Source: Truepera sp.
GTDB taxonomy: Bacteria; Deinococcota; Deinococci; Deinococcales; Trueperaceae
Direction: 5' to 3'
Length of the DNA: 64,000 nucleotides
Assembly: GCA_965218435.1 (NCBI GenBank)
Contig: CBDCKW010000009.1
Coordinates: 768,001 to 832,000, forward strand
Below the pieces are notes generated by a model. The model was not told the DNA's origin and did not search any database. It was given only the letters and a program-made list of their open reading frames with translations. The translations under genes were made by a program, and so were the position numbers. Shown here in pieces: positions 10,494-19,861 of this stretch; within the stretch, counting starts at the first letter, position 1; each line of letters opens with the position of its first letter.

Positions 10494-10828
10494 CGCTTGA
10501 CGCCGTATTTAGCGGCGATGTCCGCAGCCGGAATAAGCTTTACTTCACCCCGCTCAAAGCGTTCTATACGTTCCCGAATGTCTGAAGGGACTTCATCCGG
10601 AAACTCGTATTCATCATCTTCACGCTCGAGTACGTCGCCCAGCTCTGCCCGCTCACCTGTCAATTTGTCGAGGGCATCTAAAACAGTCTGAAGCGTATCT
10701 AAGCTGATACGTTGCGCCTCACCTCGTGCCAGCGGATAAACAGTATTCACACTCAGCCCGGTAGCTTTGGCAAGCTGATAGGGCGTCACCTCATGGCGGT
10801 TTAAGTAGTCTTTCAAAACCCATTTCAC
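10490..10828 (-). CDS. Xre/Cro HTH regulator with acidic antitoxin-like tail
   Basis: LKDYL…TPYQLAKATGLSVNTVYPLARG…ISLDTL HTH. Acidic C-terminus ending RGEVKLIP. 4-bp overlap with the toxin. Confidence 0.8.
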   Translation of the reverse strand: MKWVLKDYLNRHEVTPYQLAKATGLSVNTVYPLARGEAQRISLDTLQTVLDALDKLTGERAELGDVLEREDDEYEFPDEVPSDIRERIERFERGEVKLIPAADIAAKYGVKR

Positions 10829-10838
10829 ACACGTAGCT

Positions 10839-10891
10839 TAGCATATACTTTGTTACATCGTACCTGTCGCATTATTAGCAGGTATATGCTA
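10839..10891. promoter_or_regulatory. Divergent promoter region with inverted-repeat operator candidate
   Basis: TAGCATATAC (10839-10848) and GTATATGCTA (10882-10891) form a 10-bp inverted repeat, with an inner TACCTG/CAGGTA pair. It abuts the TAAGCT -10 box of the Xre gene. Confidence 0.55.
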
Positions 10892-10955
10892 TTATAAGGG
10901 CAGTTAGAGGCAGACCCTCGAAAAGTACAGCCCCTAGCTAGAAACGGAGTTCTAC

Positions 10956-11410
10956 ATAAACCATACTATTACCCTTCACAAGCAAGACGGCGCAAGTTAC
11001 CGCACCCCCGTTAAGGCGTATAACCTCGAGCGCAACGGTGTGACGGTCGGCACGCTTCAGACTTGGGGCACCGTCTGGGAGGTTTTAGACGTTATCTTGA
11101 TGTCTGCGGCATTGAGGGCGATATTGAACACAACGGGCTGCATCTGTGTTACGAGCACTGGGCTGTAGCAGATCGGCTCGAGAAGCTCACAGCCGCGCAA
11201 ACAGACAGCGCCGTAAACCTTAACGGCTTTCGTTCTCACGGGCCGCGAGACGACTACGAAGGCGGGCATAAACGCCCCTTTGCCGTCGTCCCGGATAACA
11301 GCCTCGAGCACGTTTCTAGGGATGTAACCGTCACATTTGACGAGGTGTCGTTCTGGGCTGTCGAGCACCTTTTTCACCGCGTCCATACTGAGCTGGGCAA
11401 GCCTGACCTA
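10956..11410 (+). pseudogene. Decayed phage/element hypothetical gene, truncated by IS630
   Basis: GGAG RBS followed by ATA (probably a mutated ATG). An open frame shifts into ORF 11063..11440 and is cut at the IS630 end (CTAG 11408-11411). Confidence 0.4.
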
Positions 11411-12350
11411 GTGCTCCATCAACCGCTTACATCAGGGTAGAGCCTCTTGAGCTTGAAACGGGCGTTCGGGGTTGTGAATTGCCAGTCGATGGTCACAGCA
11501 CGCTCGCGGCGGTTTTCGAGCCAGCTTTTCACCACCTGCTCCAAACGTTGTTTATCTCCAGGTCGCTCGCCTAGAGCTTGGCGTTCTAACACCGACCACT
11601 CCGACGCTTGGACGTTTACCCAAGAACCATGCTTGGGCGTGAAATGAAACTCGAAGTGCTTGGCAAGACGATGCGCCTCGTGAGGCTCGAGGGCTTCATA
11701 TAAAGAGGCTTTCTTGTGGGCGTTGAGATTGTCCTGCACGATGACGATGATTTGGGTTTCGGGAAAAGCTTCTGAAACGCGCTTCAAGGCGTGCGCGTAG
11801 TCAACAGCCGTGCGGCGCTCGGTGACCCACACCCAAACGCTTGCTTGTTAACGGTTCGGTCCAGCCGAACAAGTTGGCTGTGCCATGCCGCTCGTATCTG
11901 AATCCACCCGCTTGACCCTGCCCGGTTTTGGAGGTACCAAGATCAAGATATCACCAACAAGCTGACAAGGCTTCTCATCAAAACCGATAACCGGATGTCT
12001 CTCATCGAGGGGCCGCTCGTACACGTCTAGCACCTCTTCCACCGCATAGACAAAAGCAGCACTCTTCTCAGGCGGGATGTGCCACTGCTTCTTCAGGTGA
12101 GGCCGGAGCGCAGTTTTTTAGAACTTGACGTACCTTCTCCCGCGAGATGCTCTCTCCCAGCTCGAGCTTGACCACGCGTAAGGACAGGGTCCAGACGGGT
12201 TCTTTGTTGGGCGTGTCCGAACAAGCTAGAGCGATGATATGCGCTTCAACCCGACCACCGACCTTTACTGGGACGCCTTTGTCCTTACGGGTTTTGCGTT
12301 CGACCGTACACTGTACGCCCTCCTCCAGATAGCGTCTGCGGTGTTGTAGA
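11409..12350 (-). mobile_element. IS630-family transposase remnant
   Basis: HTH part (EAHIIALACS..P…WTL), AAAAAAC slip site then LRPHLKKQWHIP, DEKPCQL, QDNLNAH, FTPKHGSWVN, WQFTT..AR.KLKRLYP. Several frameshifts, 5' end missing. Confidence 0.9.
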
Positions 12351-12384
12351 CCGTCGCTTCGCTAGCGAAAGCAGTATGCAATAG

Positions 12385-12615
12385 ACCTAAAGGACGAATT
12401 AAGAAACGGCTGTACTTGGCAAGACTTGTCCGGTGATTTTCCCCCGCAGGTTAGGGTCACTAGACCCTTCGGCTAGAGCCGACGACCTAGGCAGAGCGTG
12501 TACTACCACTTTGCCAAGTGGCGAGACGAAGGCTTGTGGCGCAAGCTCAATAAGCACTTGCGGCGCAAGTTAAGAAAGCGACTTAGACGGGATGAAGAAC
12601 CGAGCGCCGGGAACT
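12385..12615 (+). mobile_element. IS5-family transposase N-terminal fragment
   Basis: NGCTWQDLSGDFPP…QSVYYHFAKWRDEGLW…LR…R.EEPSAG, with a 42-nt insertion at 12447-12488. Confidence 0.8.
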
Positions 12616-12669
12616 AGGCCCGCTAGGTGCGCGGAGGCACTCCCTAGGGTCGCCGGGCTTTGCCCGTTC

Positions 12670-13166
12670 TAGGGTGCGCCAGATAAAGAAGGGGGCGAGA
12701 GGCACAAGCACTTGGCTACAGTCGTGGCGGCGTCTTGGACAAGATGGTACCTCCTGGGCCTGTCCGCTTCAGCAGCAAAATCCACGTCACCGTAGACGCT
12801 CTGGGCAACCCCTTACGTCTGCTCCTTAGTGCTGGACAAGCGCACCGCCCTACGCGACAGCGTTACTAGCAGGCTACGAGGTTGACTACGTGTTAGGTGA
12901 CAAAGCCTATGATGCTGAACCTATCCTCACGACGATTGCTGAAATGCAGGCGCAAGTAGTCATCCCGCCTAAATCAAACCGCAAAGAGCAACGCGACTAC
13001 GATGACGGGCTTTACCAAGAACGTCACCTCGTAGAATGCTTTTTCAACAAGCTTAAACAGTATAGACGCTGTTTTTCTCGCTTCGACAAGCTCGCCGTAA
13101 CGACCTCAGCTTCTTACACTTCGCCGCCGCTCTCATCTGGCTTAGGTGAAATGTCAACAAGCTTAG
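12670..13166 (+). mobile_element. Second IS5-family (IS427-like) transposase C-terminal fragment
   Basis: ALGYSRGG…SSKIHVTVDALGNPL, GDKAYD, VIPPKSNRK, Y.ERHLVECFFNKLKQYRR..SRFDK. Frameshifted; ends near AATGTCAACAAGCTTAG. Confidence 0.85.
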
Positions 13167-13172
13167 CAAATA

Positions 13173-13769
13173 TTACAGATAAGGCAAACGCGCGGCGGTC
13201 TGCGCGATGGCGTCGTCAGCTTCCAAAAGTTCGGCAATGGGGTCCCAACGTCCGGCTAACAGGGCGTCTTGGGCGCTCTCGCGGATGGTCACTTCAAACG
13301 CTTTATCGCCGACGGTCAAGGTGCCGAGCGCCACGTCTAAGGTCACTTCGGTGTTGGGGTCGGCGTCTATGGTGGCCGCCATCTCTGCAAGCTGCTCAGC
13401 GGTCGCTTCAGCGCAGGGTATCCCCAGCGTGGTGCTGTTGCCGAAGAAAATCTCGGCGAAACTTTCCGCAATTACCGCGCGGATGCCGTAGCGGTACATC
13501 GCCTGCGGCGCGTGCTCGCGGGACGAACCACAGCCAAAGTTCTCACCCGATAAGAGGATGCTGGCCCCGGCAAAACGCGGGTCGTTTAAGGGGTGAGCTT
13601 TTTCGCCTCCGTCCTCGCCAAACCGCACGTCGTAAAACATGTACTGCCCCAGGTCGTCAAAGGTCACGCACTTCATAAACCGCGCCGGGATGATGCGGTC
13701 GGTATCAATGTCGTCGCCGGGGACGACAACGCCGCGTCCGGTTACTGAGGTGATTTTTTCTAAAGCCAT
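13173..13769 (-). CDS. leuD: 3-isopropylmalate dehydratase small subunit
   Basis: DIDTDRIIPARF, NFGCGSSREHAP, SFAEIFFGN. Confidence 0.97.
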   Translation of the reverse strand: MALEKITSVTGRGVVVPGDDIDTDRIIPARFMKCVTFDDLGQYMFYDVRFGEDGGEKAHPLNDPRFAGASILLSGENFGCGSSREHAPQAMYRYGIRAVIAESFAEIFFGNSTTLGIPCAEATAEQLAEMAATIDADPNTEVTLDVALGTLTVGDKAFEVTIRESAQDALLAGRWDPIAELLEADDAIAQTAARLPYL

Positions 13770-13796
13770 CGTGATGCTCCTTTTCTATGTACGTTT

Positions 13797-14372
13797 TTAT
13801 GCACATTTTGCGCAGACCATAAGACCGGTAGACCAGTCCAAACGGGTAGCGAGGAAGTCGGCTCGAGCCCCTAACACCTCCATCAGTGTCCGCTGACCTT
13901 GCCAGACAGTAAGCAAGTAACTATCCATATCTACGAGCTCAGCTTCATCCGTCCAACCGAGGTTCATATCATCCACCACATAAAACCCGCCCGGCACAAC
14001 TAAATCTAAAGCTAGTTCAGGGTGGTTGATTTTTCCGGGTTTGGTATCGGCGAAGATAAAGTCGAACAGGGTAGAGGTGTGGCGGAGGTACTCGAGTCCG
14101 TCTCCCACCCAAAAGCTGATCCGTGGGTCGTGGCCCAAATATTTGCGAGCTACGTCAACCTGCTCGGCGTTTTGTTCAACGGTTATAAGGCTCGAGGCTT
14201 TGTCCATCCCCCGTAAAAGCCACGCGCTCCCCGCGCCGACACCCGTCCCGAGTTCTAAAAACCGGCCGCCGGGTTTGCTCGCCGCGAGTGTTGCCAAAAA
14301 GCCACCCGTGAGGTCATCTGAGCTTTGGGTAAAACCCAACTCTTGAGCGGCCTCACGAATTGCCCCGGTCAT
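13797..14372 (-). CDS. SAM-dependent O-methyltransferase
   Basis: LELGTGVGAG motif I, FDFIFAD, PGGFYVVDD. Confidence 0.88.
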   Translation of the reverse strand: MTGAIREAAQELGFTQSSDDLTGGFLATLAASKPGGRFLELGTGVGAGSAWLLRGMDKASSLITVEQNAEQVDVARKYLGHDPRISFWVGDGLEYLRHTSTLFDFIFADTKPGKINHPELALDLVVPGGFYVVDDMNLGWTDEAELVDMDSYLLTVWQGQRTLMEVLGARADFLATRLDWSTGLMVCAKCA

Positions 14373-14373
14373 C

Positions 14374-15816
14374 TTAAGCAGAAACCGTTGACGCGTCGGT
14401 TTTGAACACGTCTCTCGCGTCGCTCACTCTGCCCGTGACCGCTGCCGCCATCACCATCACCGGACTCATCAGTACGGTGCGGCCCGTGACGCTGCCCTGT
14501 CGCCCCTTAAAATTGCGGTTCGAGGACGACGCGCAGAGTTGGTCGCCGACGAGCTTGTCGGGGTTCATCGCCAGACACATGCTGCAGCCCGCGTCGCGCC
14601 ACTCGAAGCCCGCGTCACGAAAAACCTGATCAATCCCGAGTTCTTCGCACTGATATTTAACGATTTGCGAGCCCGGTACGGCGATGGCTTTTACATCGGG
14701 TGAAACCTGATGCCCTTTGAGATATTTGGCCGCTTCGGTAAAGTCCGACATCCGCCCGTTTGTACACGACCCGAAAAAAGCCACGTCAATCTTGGTTCCG
14801 GCAATCGGGGCACCGGGGGTCAGCTTCATGTGCTCCAACGCCTCGGCAATATTGGCTTTTTCACCCTCGGGCGCGTCCTCGACAGTTGGAATAGTTTCAC
14901 CGATAAAGATGGCTTGTCCCGGATTGATACCCCACGTGACCGTCGGCGCGATGTCTTCGGCGCGGATGTTTACGGTGTCGTCGTAGCTGCAGCCTTCGTC
15001 CGAAGCGAGCGCCAGCCAGCGTTCACCTGCTGCTGCCCACTCACTCTCTTTCGGCGCGTAAGGACGGCCCTCGATATAGTCCACCGTCGTCTGATCAGGG
15101 TTGACATACCCGCACCGTGCGCCGCCTTCGATACTCATATTACAGACCGTCATCCGCTCTTCCATGCTCATGGTGTCAAACACGCTGCCGCCGTACTCGT
15201 AGGCGTAACCGATGCCGCCCTTGACGCCGAGGGTACGGATAATATGCAAAATCACGTCTTTGGCGTAAACCCCCGGCCCGAGCTTGCCGTCTACATTGAT
15301 CCGCCGCACTTTGGGTTTGCTCATCGTGATGGTCTGGGTCGCCAGTACGTCGCGGACCTGCGAGGTGCCAATCCCAAAGGCGATGGCCCCGAACGCGCCG
15401 TGCGTCGAAGTGTGCGAGTCGCCGCACGCGACCGTCATCCCCGGTTGGGTGATGCCTTGTTCCGGCCCGACCATATGAACGATGCCCTGTTTGCCGCTCC
15501 CCGTGTCGAACATCGTCACGCCGAACTCGGCGCAGTTTTTGCGCAGTTCGCGGATCATCTCGTCGGCCAAGGGGTCGGCGAAAGGCTCTTCACGTGTATC
15601 GGTCGGGACGATGTGGTCTACGGTGGCAAAGGTGCGTTCGGGATGGCGCACTTTGAGGTTCAGGTCACGGAGCATCCCAAAAGCCTGCGGGCTGGTTACT
15701 TCGTGAATCAAGTGGGTACCGATAAACAGCTGGGTTTGACCGTTGCCTAAGGTTTTAACGGCGTGGGCGTGCCAGACCTTTTCAAACAGGTTTTGGGGGT
15801 GCGGCTCGGATGACAT
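14374..15816 (-). CDS. leuC: 3-isopropylmalate dehydratase large subunit
   Basis: [48 protein letters not shown]. Confidence 0.98.
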   Translation of the reverse strand: MSSEPHPQNLFEKVWHAHAVKTLGNGQTQLFIGTHLIHEVTSPQAFGMLRDLNLKVRHPERTFATVDHIVPTDTREEPFADPLADEMIRELRKNCAEFGVTMFDTGSGKQGIVHMVGPEQGITQPGMTVACGDSHTSTHGAFGAIAFGIGTSQVRDVLATQTITMSKPKVRRINVDGKLGPGVYAKDVILHIIRTLGVKGGIGYAYEYGGSVFDTMSMEERMTVCNMSIEGGARCGYVNPDQTTVDYIEGRPYAPKESEWAAAGERWLALASDEGCSYDDTVNIRAEDIAPTVTWGINPGQAIFIGETIPTVEDAPEGEKANIAEALEHMKLTPGAPIAGTKIDVAFFGSCTNGRMSDFTEAAKYLKGHQVSPDVKAIAVPGSQIVKYQCEELGIDQVFRDAGFEWRDAGCSMCLAMNPDKLVGDQLCASSSNRNFKGRQGSVTGRTVLMSPVMVMAAAVTGRVSDARDVFKTDASTVSA

Positions 15817-15851
15817 AAGTTCCTCTCTGATTCCTATTCGCGGACAAAACG

Positions 15852-15876
15852 AAAAAACCCTCGGATTTCCCGAGGG
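15852..15876 (-). terminator. leu attenuator terminator
   Basis: CCCTCGG-GAAAT-CCGAGGG-TTTTTT on the minus strand, between the leader and leuC. Confidence 0.88.
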
Positions 15877-15898
15877 CGCTTTGGGCTAGGCGCGTAAC

Positions 15899-15979
15899 TT
15901 ACGCAGCAGCGACCTCGAGCCAACAGGCTAGACCGACTAGGCTTAGGGCTAGCTGTGTAGAAGGCGCGGCTGTTGACAT
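15899..15979 (-). CDS. leuL: Leu leader peptide MSTAAPSTQLALSLVGLACWLEVAAA
   Basis: 26-aa ORF with four CTA Leu codons plus one CTC. Upstream TTGACA-N18-TATACT; downstream terminator; antiterminator CGAGGTCGCT/AGCGCCCTCG. Confidence 0.82.
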   Translation of the reverse strand: MSTAAPSTQLALSLVGLACWLEVAAA

Positions 15980-15988
15980 CTAGGGCTG

Positions 15989-16018
15989 AGTATACGTGCT
16001 CTCTAAAGGACCTGTCAA
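15989..16018 (-). promoter_or_regulatory. sigma70-type promoter of the leu operon
   Basis: TTGACA (16018-16013), 18-nt spacer, TATACT (15994-15989). Confidence 0.75.
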
Positions 16019-16042
16019 CGTAAAGCTCACACCTTATGTCGG

Positions 16043-16073
16043 AACCAAAGCCGGACGGTTTACAGCGTCCGGC
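16043..16073 (-). terminator. Terminator after the DUF3618 operon
   Basis: GCCGGACG/CGTCCGGC 8-bp stem followed by TTTGGTT on minus. Confidence 0.6.
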
Positions 16074-16096
16074 CGGTTGTGAGTAACCGCTAAAAG

Positions 16097-17116
16097 CTAG
16101 CTGGGTTTTTGCTTGTTCGACTCGTTTTTAGCGGTTTCTTTAGCGTCGTCGGCAACCTTTTTGGCGGCGTCTTTACCTTCTTCTACTATATTTTTGCCCT
16201 CGGTTTTTACGTCGTCGGCGACTTGGCTAAACTCTTGCTTGGCGGTTTCTTTAGCGTCGTCAAAGGTTTTTTGGGCTACGTGACGGGCGCGTTCGGCGGC
16301 GTCTTTGGCTTGGTCAGCTAAGTGATCGCGGGCGTCGCCCATCAGCTTGTCTTCTTGGCGGGTACCGGGGAGTGAGAGCCCGATCAGCGCACCTAAAATC
16401 GCGGTGATCAGTCCGGCGACGAGCGGTTGGGACTCGATAAACCCGGCGAGACCGCGTTCGGCTTCTCTGGTCTTCGCTTTCGTCTGACTGGCGGCGCTGC
16501 TTGCGCGGTCACGCAGGTCATTGCCCTCGTCTTGCAGCCAGCTCCCAGCGCTCGAGCTACCCGTACTGGAACCGCCCGTGCTGGAACCGCTCCCACTCGT
16601 CCCGGCGTTGTCGTAAGCGCCGTAATCGTACCCTTGTCCGGAAAGCCCGCGCGTCTGATAGTCAGACTGATAGCTGGACTGTGTGTCGCCGTAACCGGGG
16701 CGCACATAACCCGTGTAGTCGCCCTCGCCGTAACCGTAACGGGTGCCGTAGCCGGTATAGCCTTCATCGTCGTCGTCGCCAGCACGTCTGATACCGACGC
16801 CGCCCCCGGCGACGAGTAGGAGTACACCTGCGCTCAGGAGCGCCGTCGGCAAAGGGTGACGGCGGACCATATCGAAAAAGCTCGTCCCGGCCTCTTGTGC
16901 CCGCTGGGTTACGTTGTCGGTTACTTCGTGTACGGTGTCCATAATGACCTCCTGTGCGCCTCTAAGCGTCTGCTCAGTCTGCGTTTTGAATGTGTTGCGG
17001 TAGCGTTCAGGGCTCAGTTTGTCGGCTAGGGCCTCGATGTCTCGTCCGAGGCTCTGCCGGGTGCGGGCAACGTCGTCCTCGAGCCGCCCTACCTCAACTT
17101 TATTGTCTTGGCTCAT
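16097..17116 (-). CDS. DUF3618-domain, LEA-like membrane-anchored protein
   Basis: LEDDVARTRQSLGRDIEALADKLSP N-terminus, HPLPTALL and QPLVAGL helices, LPGTRQEDKLMGDARD, K/A/D-rich tail. Confidence 0.75.
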   Translation of the reverse strand: MSQDNKVEVGRLEDDVARTRQSLGRDIEALADKLSPERYRNTFKTQTEQTLRGAQEVIMDTVHEVTDNVTQRAQEAGTSFFDMVRRHPLPTALLSAGVLLLVAGGGVGIRRAGDDDDEGYTGYGTRYGYGEGDYTGYVRPGYGDTQSSYQSDYQTRGLSGQGYDYGAYDNAGTSGSGSSTGGSSTGSSSAGSWLQDEGNDLRDRASSAASQTKAKTREAERGLAGFIESQPLVAGLITAILGALIGLSLPGTRQEDKLMGDARDHLADQAKDAAERARHVAQKTFDDAKETAKQEFSQVADDVKTEGKNIVEEGKDAAKKVADDAKETAKNESNKQKPS

Positions 17117-17526
17117 CCGACTTTCTCCCGGACCATCGCTACGTCATCTTTAAGCGTTTGTGCGGTGCGTTCAGGGATCAGTTTAAGTTTGCGCATCCGG
17201 TTGACGCCGATTAAGGCGAACACCGCGCCCAAGATTAAAAAGACGACGCCGACAATTAAAGCCGCCGCCCAGTGCGGCATTACGAGAGCGAGCGCCAAAA
17301 CGATCGACGTTAAAACGGCGATCAGGCCCACCGACGCTAAAATACCGCCGACCGCCAGCACGACCACACCGACTACTGCCTGCGCCAAAGCTCCTTGAAA
17401 CTCTTTTTTAGCGAGCGCCACCTCTTGTTGGATCAAAAGCCCGATGTCGCTCATCAATCCGGAAAAAAGGGTGCTAAACGAGCGGTTCTCGCCGGGGGCG
17501 TCTCCTGCCGAGGTTTCACCTATCAT
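17113..17526 (-). CDS. Phage holin family (DUF1469/YqjE-like) membrane protein
   Basis: LIQQEVALAKKE, two TM helices, PERTAQTLKDD. Confidence 0.8.
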   Translation of the reverse strand: MIGETSAGDAPGENRSFSTLFSGLMSDIGLLIQQEVALAKKEFQGALAQAVVGVVVLAVGGILASVGLIAVLTSIVLALALVMPHWAAALIVGVVFLILGAVFALIGVNRMRKLKLIPERTAQTLKDDVAMVREKVG

Positions 17527-17580
17527 CGTTCACCTGCCATCGTTCGCTCATCACAGATCACCTGTCACCTTGCGCCGCCC

Positions 17581-18156
17581 CTAACGGTTCTGTGTGTCTG
17601 AATGGGAACCACTCGAGCGTAAAAACCGGGCGGCAAAGAGACCTACCACGAGCGCACCGCCGACAAACAGACCGGGCCGCTGCCGCGCAAAGCTTTCGGC
17701 GTCTCCTAACATGTCGCGCAGGTCTTTGCCCTCGAGGTAGCCCGACACCTTCTCAACCTGGTCGGCGATACGCTCGGTATACCCGGCCAAGTCACCTTGG
17801 TCTTCTTCACGGAGCTGTTCGCCGGTTTTGCGAAACGCCTCTGCGACGCTGCTAACTTGCGAGGCAACCTGTCCCTTACCCTGCTTAAAGCCTTTTTCAG
17901 CCTCTGCTTGGGCGCGCCGCCGCGCATGTTGAGCTTGTGACTTCACCTGATCTTTGACGTCCCCGGCGCGGTCTTTGACCTCTTGGGTGGCGTCTTGCGC
18001 CTGCTCCTTGACCTCTTTTGCAGCGGCATCTGCCTGCTGCTGAGCGTCTTTGGCTCCCTGCTCGGCTTTTTGCGACGCCTGTTTCGCCGCGTCCTCGGCT
18101 TTTTCCGTGGCTTTCTCGGGACTGCTTTTATCGCCCTGCTGTTTTTGGTCTGACAT
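17581..18156 (-). CDS. Tail-anchored helical protein (YqjD/ElaB/LEA-like)
   Basis: Q/K/A-rich repeats and FARQRPGLFVGGALVVGLFAARFLRSS tail. Start taken at the ATG after a GGAG RBS. Confidence 0.7.
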   Translation of the reverse strand: MSDQKQQGDKSSPEKATEKAEDAAKQASQKAEQGAKDAQQQADAAAKEVKEQAQDATQEVKDRAGDVKDQVKSQAQHARRRAQAEAEKGFKQGKGQVASQVSSVAEAFRKTGEQLREEDQGDLAGYTERIADQVEKVSGYLEGKDLRDMLGDAESFARQRPGLFVGGALVVGLFAARFLRSSGSHSDTQNR

Positions 18157-18532
18157 TATGCTCCGTTCCCGCACCCTTGTGGGCTGCTTGTCACCGTACA
18201 AAAGCCCGGTGGTGAAGTTTTCTCGGCTGGTTCTGTCCGGCTGCTACTGCCACGCCTCCCTAATTGTGTTGAACCATACTACCCCGTGAAAGTACCTGTT
18301 CTTACAAATTTCCGCAAAAGTCGGCGTGATTGGGGCGTTTTGCCTTCATACTCATCCCAGCGGGCAGCTGTCAGAAGTTGCGTAAAGGGTGCTTTTACCA
18401 AAATGAAAGTCGCGCTTGGCGCGTCTTCTTTAAGGCGTCTTTCTCGAGACGGCAGGTGGTAGATGCAAAGCTTTTACAGCTCGGCGTTGTTGGCGTGGCC
18501 CAAAACCCGGCCCGGTGACCAGGCTCGAGGGC

Positions 18533-18605
18533 AAACCCAGCGTAAACCAGTGTAAAGACCCGAGGTAAAAACCTAGCGTAAAGACCTAGCGTAAAAACCT
18601 AGACA
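18533..18605. repeat. Degenerate 13-bp tandem repeat downstream of pilT
   Basis: cagtgtaaagacc/cgaggtaaaaacc/tagcgtaaagacc/tagcgtaaaaacc/tagac. Confidence 0.7.
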
Positions 18606-18615
18606 AAGCCGCCGC

Positions 18616-19773
18616 CTAGCCGCGCCCCCCACGGCCAAAGGTTGTCTGCGTCGGCAACGGCGCAGGAGCTTGGCGCATGGCTCCGCCAGCTTGGGACGCT
18701 GCGCCGGACACGCCGCCCGTACTGACCAAGCGGGCAAACTCTTTGGCGTCAACGGCCCGAGAAATCCCCGTTTCATACGAAATGGTGCGTTTAAGGTGCA
18801 GCTCGGCTAAACACGCGTCCATCGTCTGCATCCCGTGTTGCCCACCCATCTGAATAGCGGACAAGATCTGATAGGTTTTCCCCTCACGGATGAGGTTGCG
18901 AACGGCGGGCGTAGCGAGCAAAAACTCGTAGGCTAGGGCGCGGCCACCGCCCTGTTTGGGAACGAGCTGCTGCGTCAAAATCGCCTGCAAGTTGTTCGCG
19001 AGCTGGACCCGGACCTGCGCCTGTTGCGCCTCGGGAAATACGTCAATGATGCGGTCAACGGCTTCGGGTGCGGAGTTGGTGTGCAGCGTGCCCATGACCA
19101 GGTGGCCGGTTTCAGCGGCGGTTACGGCCGCGCCGATGGTTTCAAAGTCGCGCATCTCGCCGACTAAAATCACGTCCGGGGCCTGCCGCAGCACTGCCCG
19201 GAGCGCCCGCTCAAAACTTTTGGTGTCGTCGCCGAGTTCGCGCTGATTGATAATCGAGCGTTTATGCGTATGAAAAAACTCGATGGGGTCTTCGATGGTC
19301 ATGATGTGTTTGTGCGTTTCAGCATTGACCATATCGAGCATCGCCGCGAGCGTGGTAGATTTACCCGATCCGGTCGGGCCGGTGACGAGCACCAAACCTC
19401 GAGGCGCTTTGGCCACGTCGCCGACGATGCCGGGCAAGCCCATCTTGTCAAATCCTAAAATCTCACTGGGAATCGTGCGCAGCACGCCGCCGATCGAGCC
19501 GCGCTGAAAAAATGCGTTGACGCGGAAGCGGCCGTGCCCGGTTAGGGAAAATGAAAAGTCGAGTTCGCGGTGCTCTTCAAAGTCGCGCTGCTTTTTTTCG
19601 TCCATCATGGTGTATAAGAGGCGGCGGGTGTCGCTCGCGCCCAGCACGTCTAACTCGGTCGGTTGCCACTCGCCGTCGAGCCGGAGCATCGGCGGCAAGC
19701 CGACGGTGACGATTAGGTCCGAAGCGCGGCGTTCGCTGGTCAACTTTAACAGGTCGACGATGTCGGTTTGCAT
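18616..19773 (-). CDS. pilT: Type IV pilus retraction ATPase
   Basis: GPTGSGKSTT, TIEDPIE, PDVILVGEMRD, AAETGHLV.GTLHT, AVRNLIREGK. Confidence 0.97.
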   Translation of the reverse strand: MQTDIVDLLKLTSERRASDLIVTVGLPPMLRLDGEWQPTELDVLGASDTRRLLYTMMDEKKQRDFEEHRELDFSFSLTGHGRFRVNAFFQRGSIGGVLRTIPSEILGFDKMGLPGIVGDVAKAPRGLVLVTGPTGSGKSTTLAAMLDMVNAETHKHIMTIEDPIEFFHTHKRSIINQRELGDDTKSFERALRAVLRQAPDVILVGEMRDFETIGAAVTAAETGHLVMGTLHTNSAPEAVDRIIDVFPEAQQAQVRVQLANNLQAILTQQLVPKQGGGRALAYEFLLATPAVRNLIREGKTYQILSAIQMGGQHGMQTMDACLAELHLKRTISYETGISRAVDAKEFARLVSTGGVSGAASQAGGAMRQAPAPLPTQTTFGRGGRG

Positions 19774-19861
19774 AACGTTCTCCTTTTTTAGGTACCGCTT
19801 GGTGACGCACTTAACGAAAATTCAGCTGCGTCAGACGGTGCTGCCGGGCTTCATAAAACTG

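Noticed and set aside
12890..13678. 262-aa plus-strand ORF
   Set aside because: Chimera of a frameshifted IS5 tail reading into the antisense strand of leuD.
14710..15750. Long antisense ORFs (also 2..874, 53158..53955, 59228..60106, 60359..61000)
   Set aside because: Shadows of well-supported genes on the opposite strand, expected in GC-rich DNA.
17113..17526. Prophage lysis gene
   Set aside because: This holin-like family commonly occurs with DUF3618 and YqjD-like genes; no endolysin or phage structural genes are nearby.
18533..18605. Possible CRISPR array
   Set aside because: 13-bp units with no unique spacers and no cas genes in the window.
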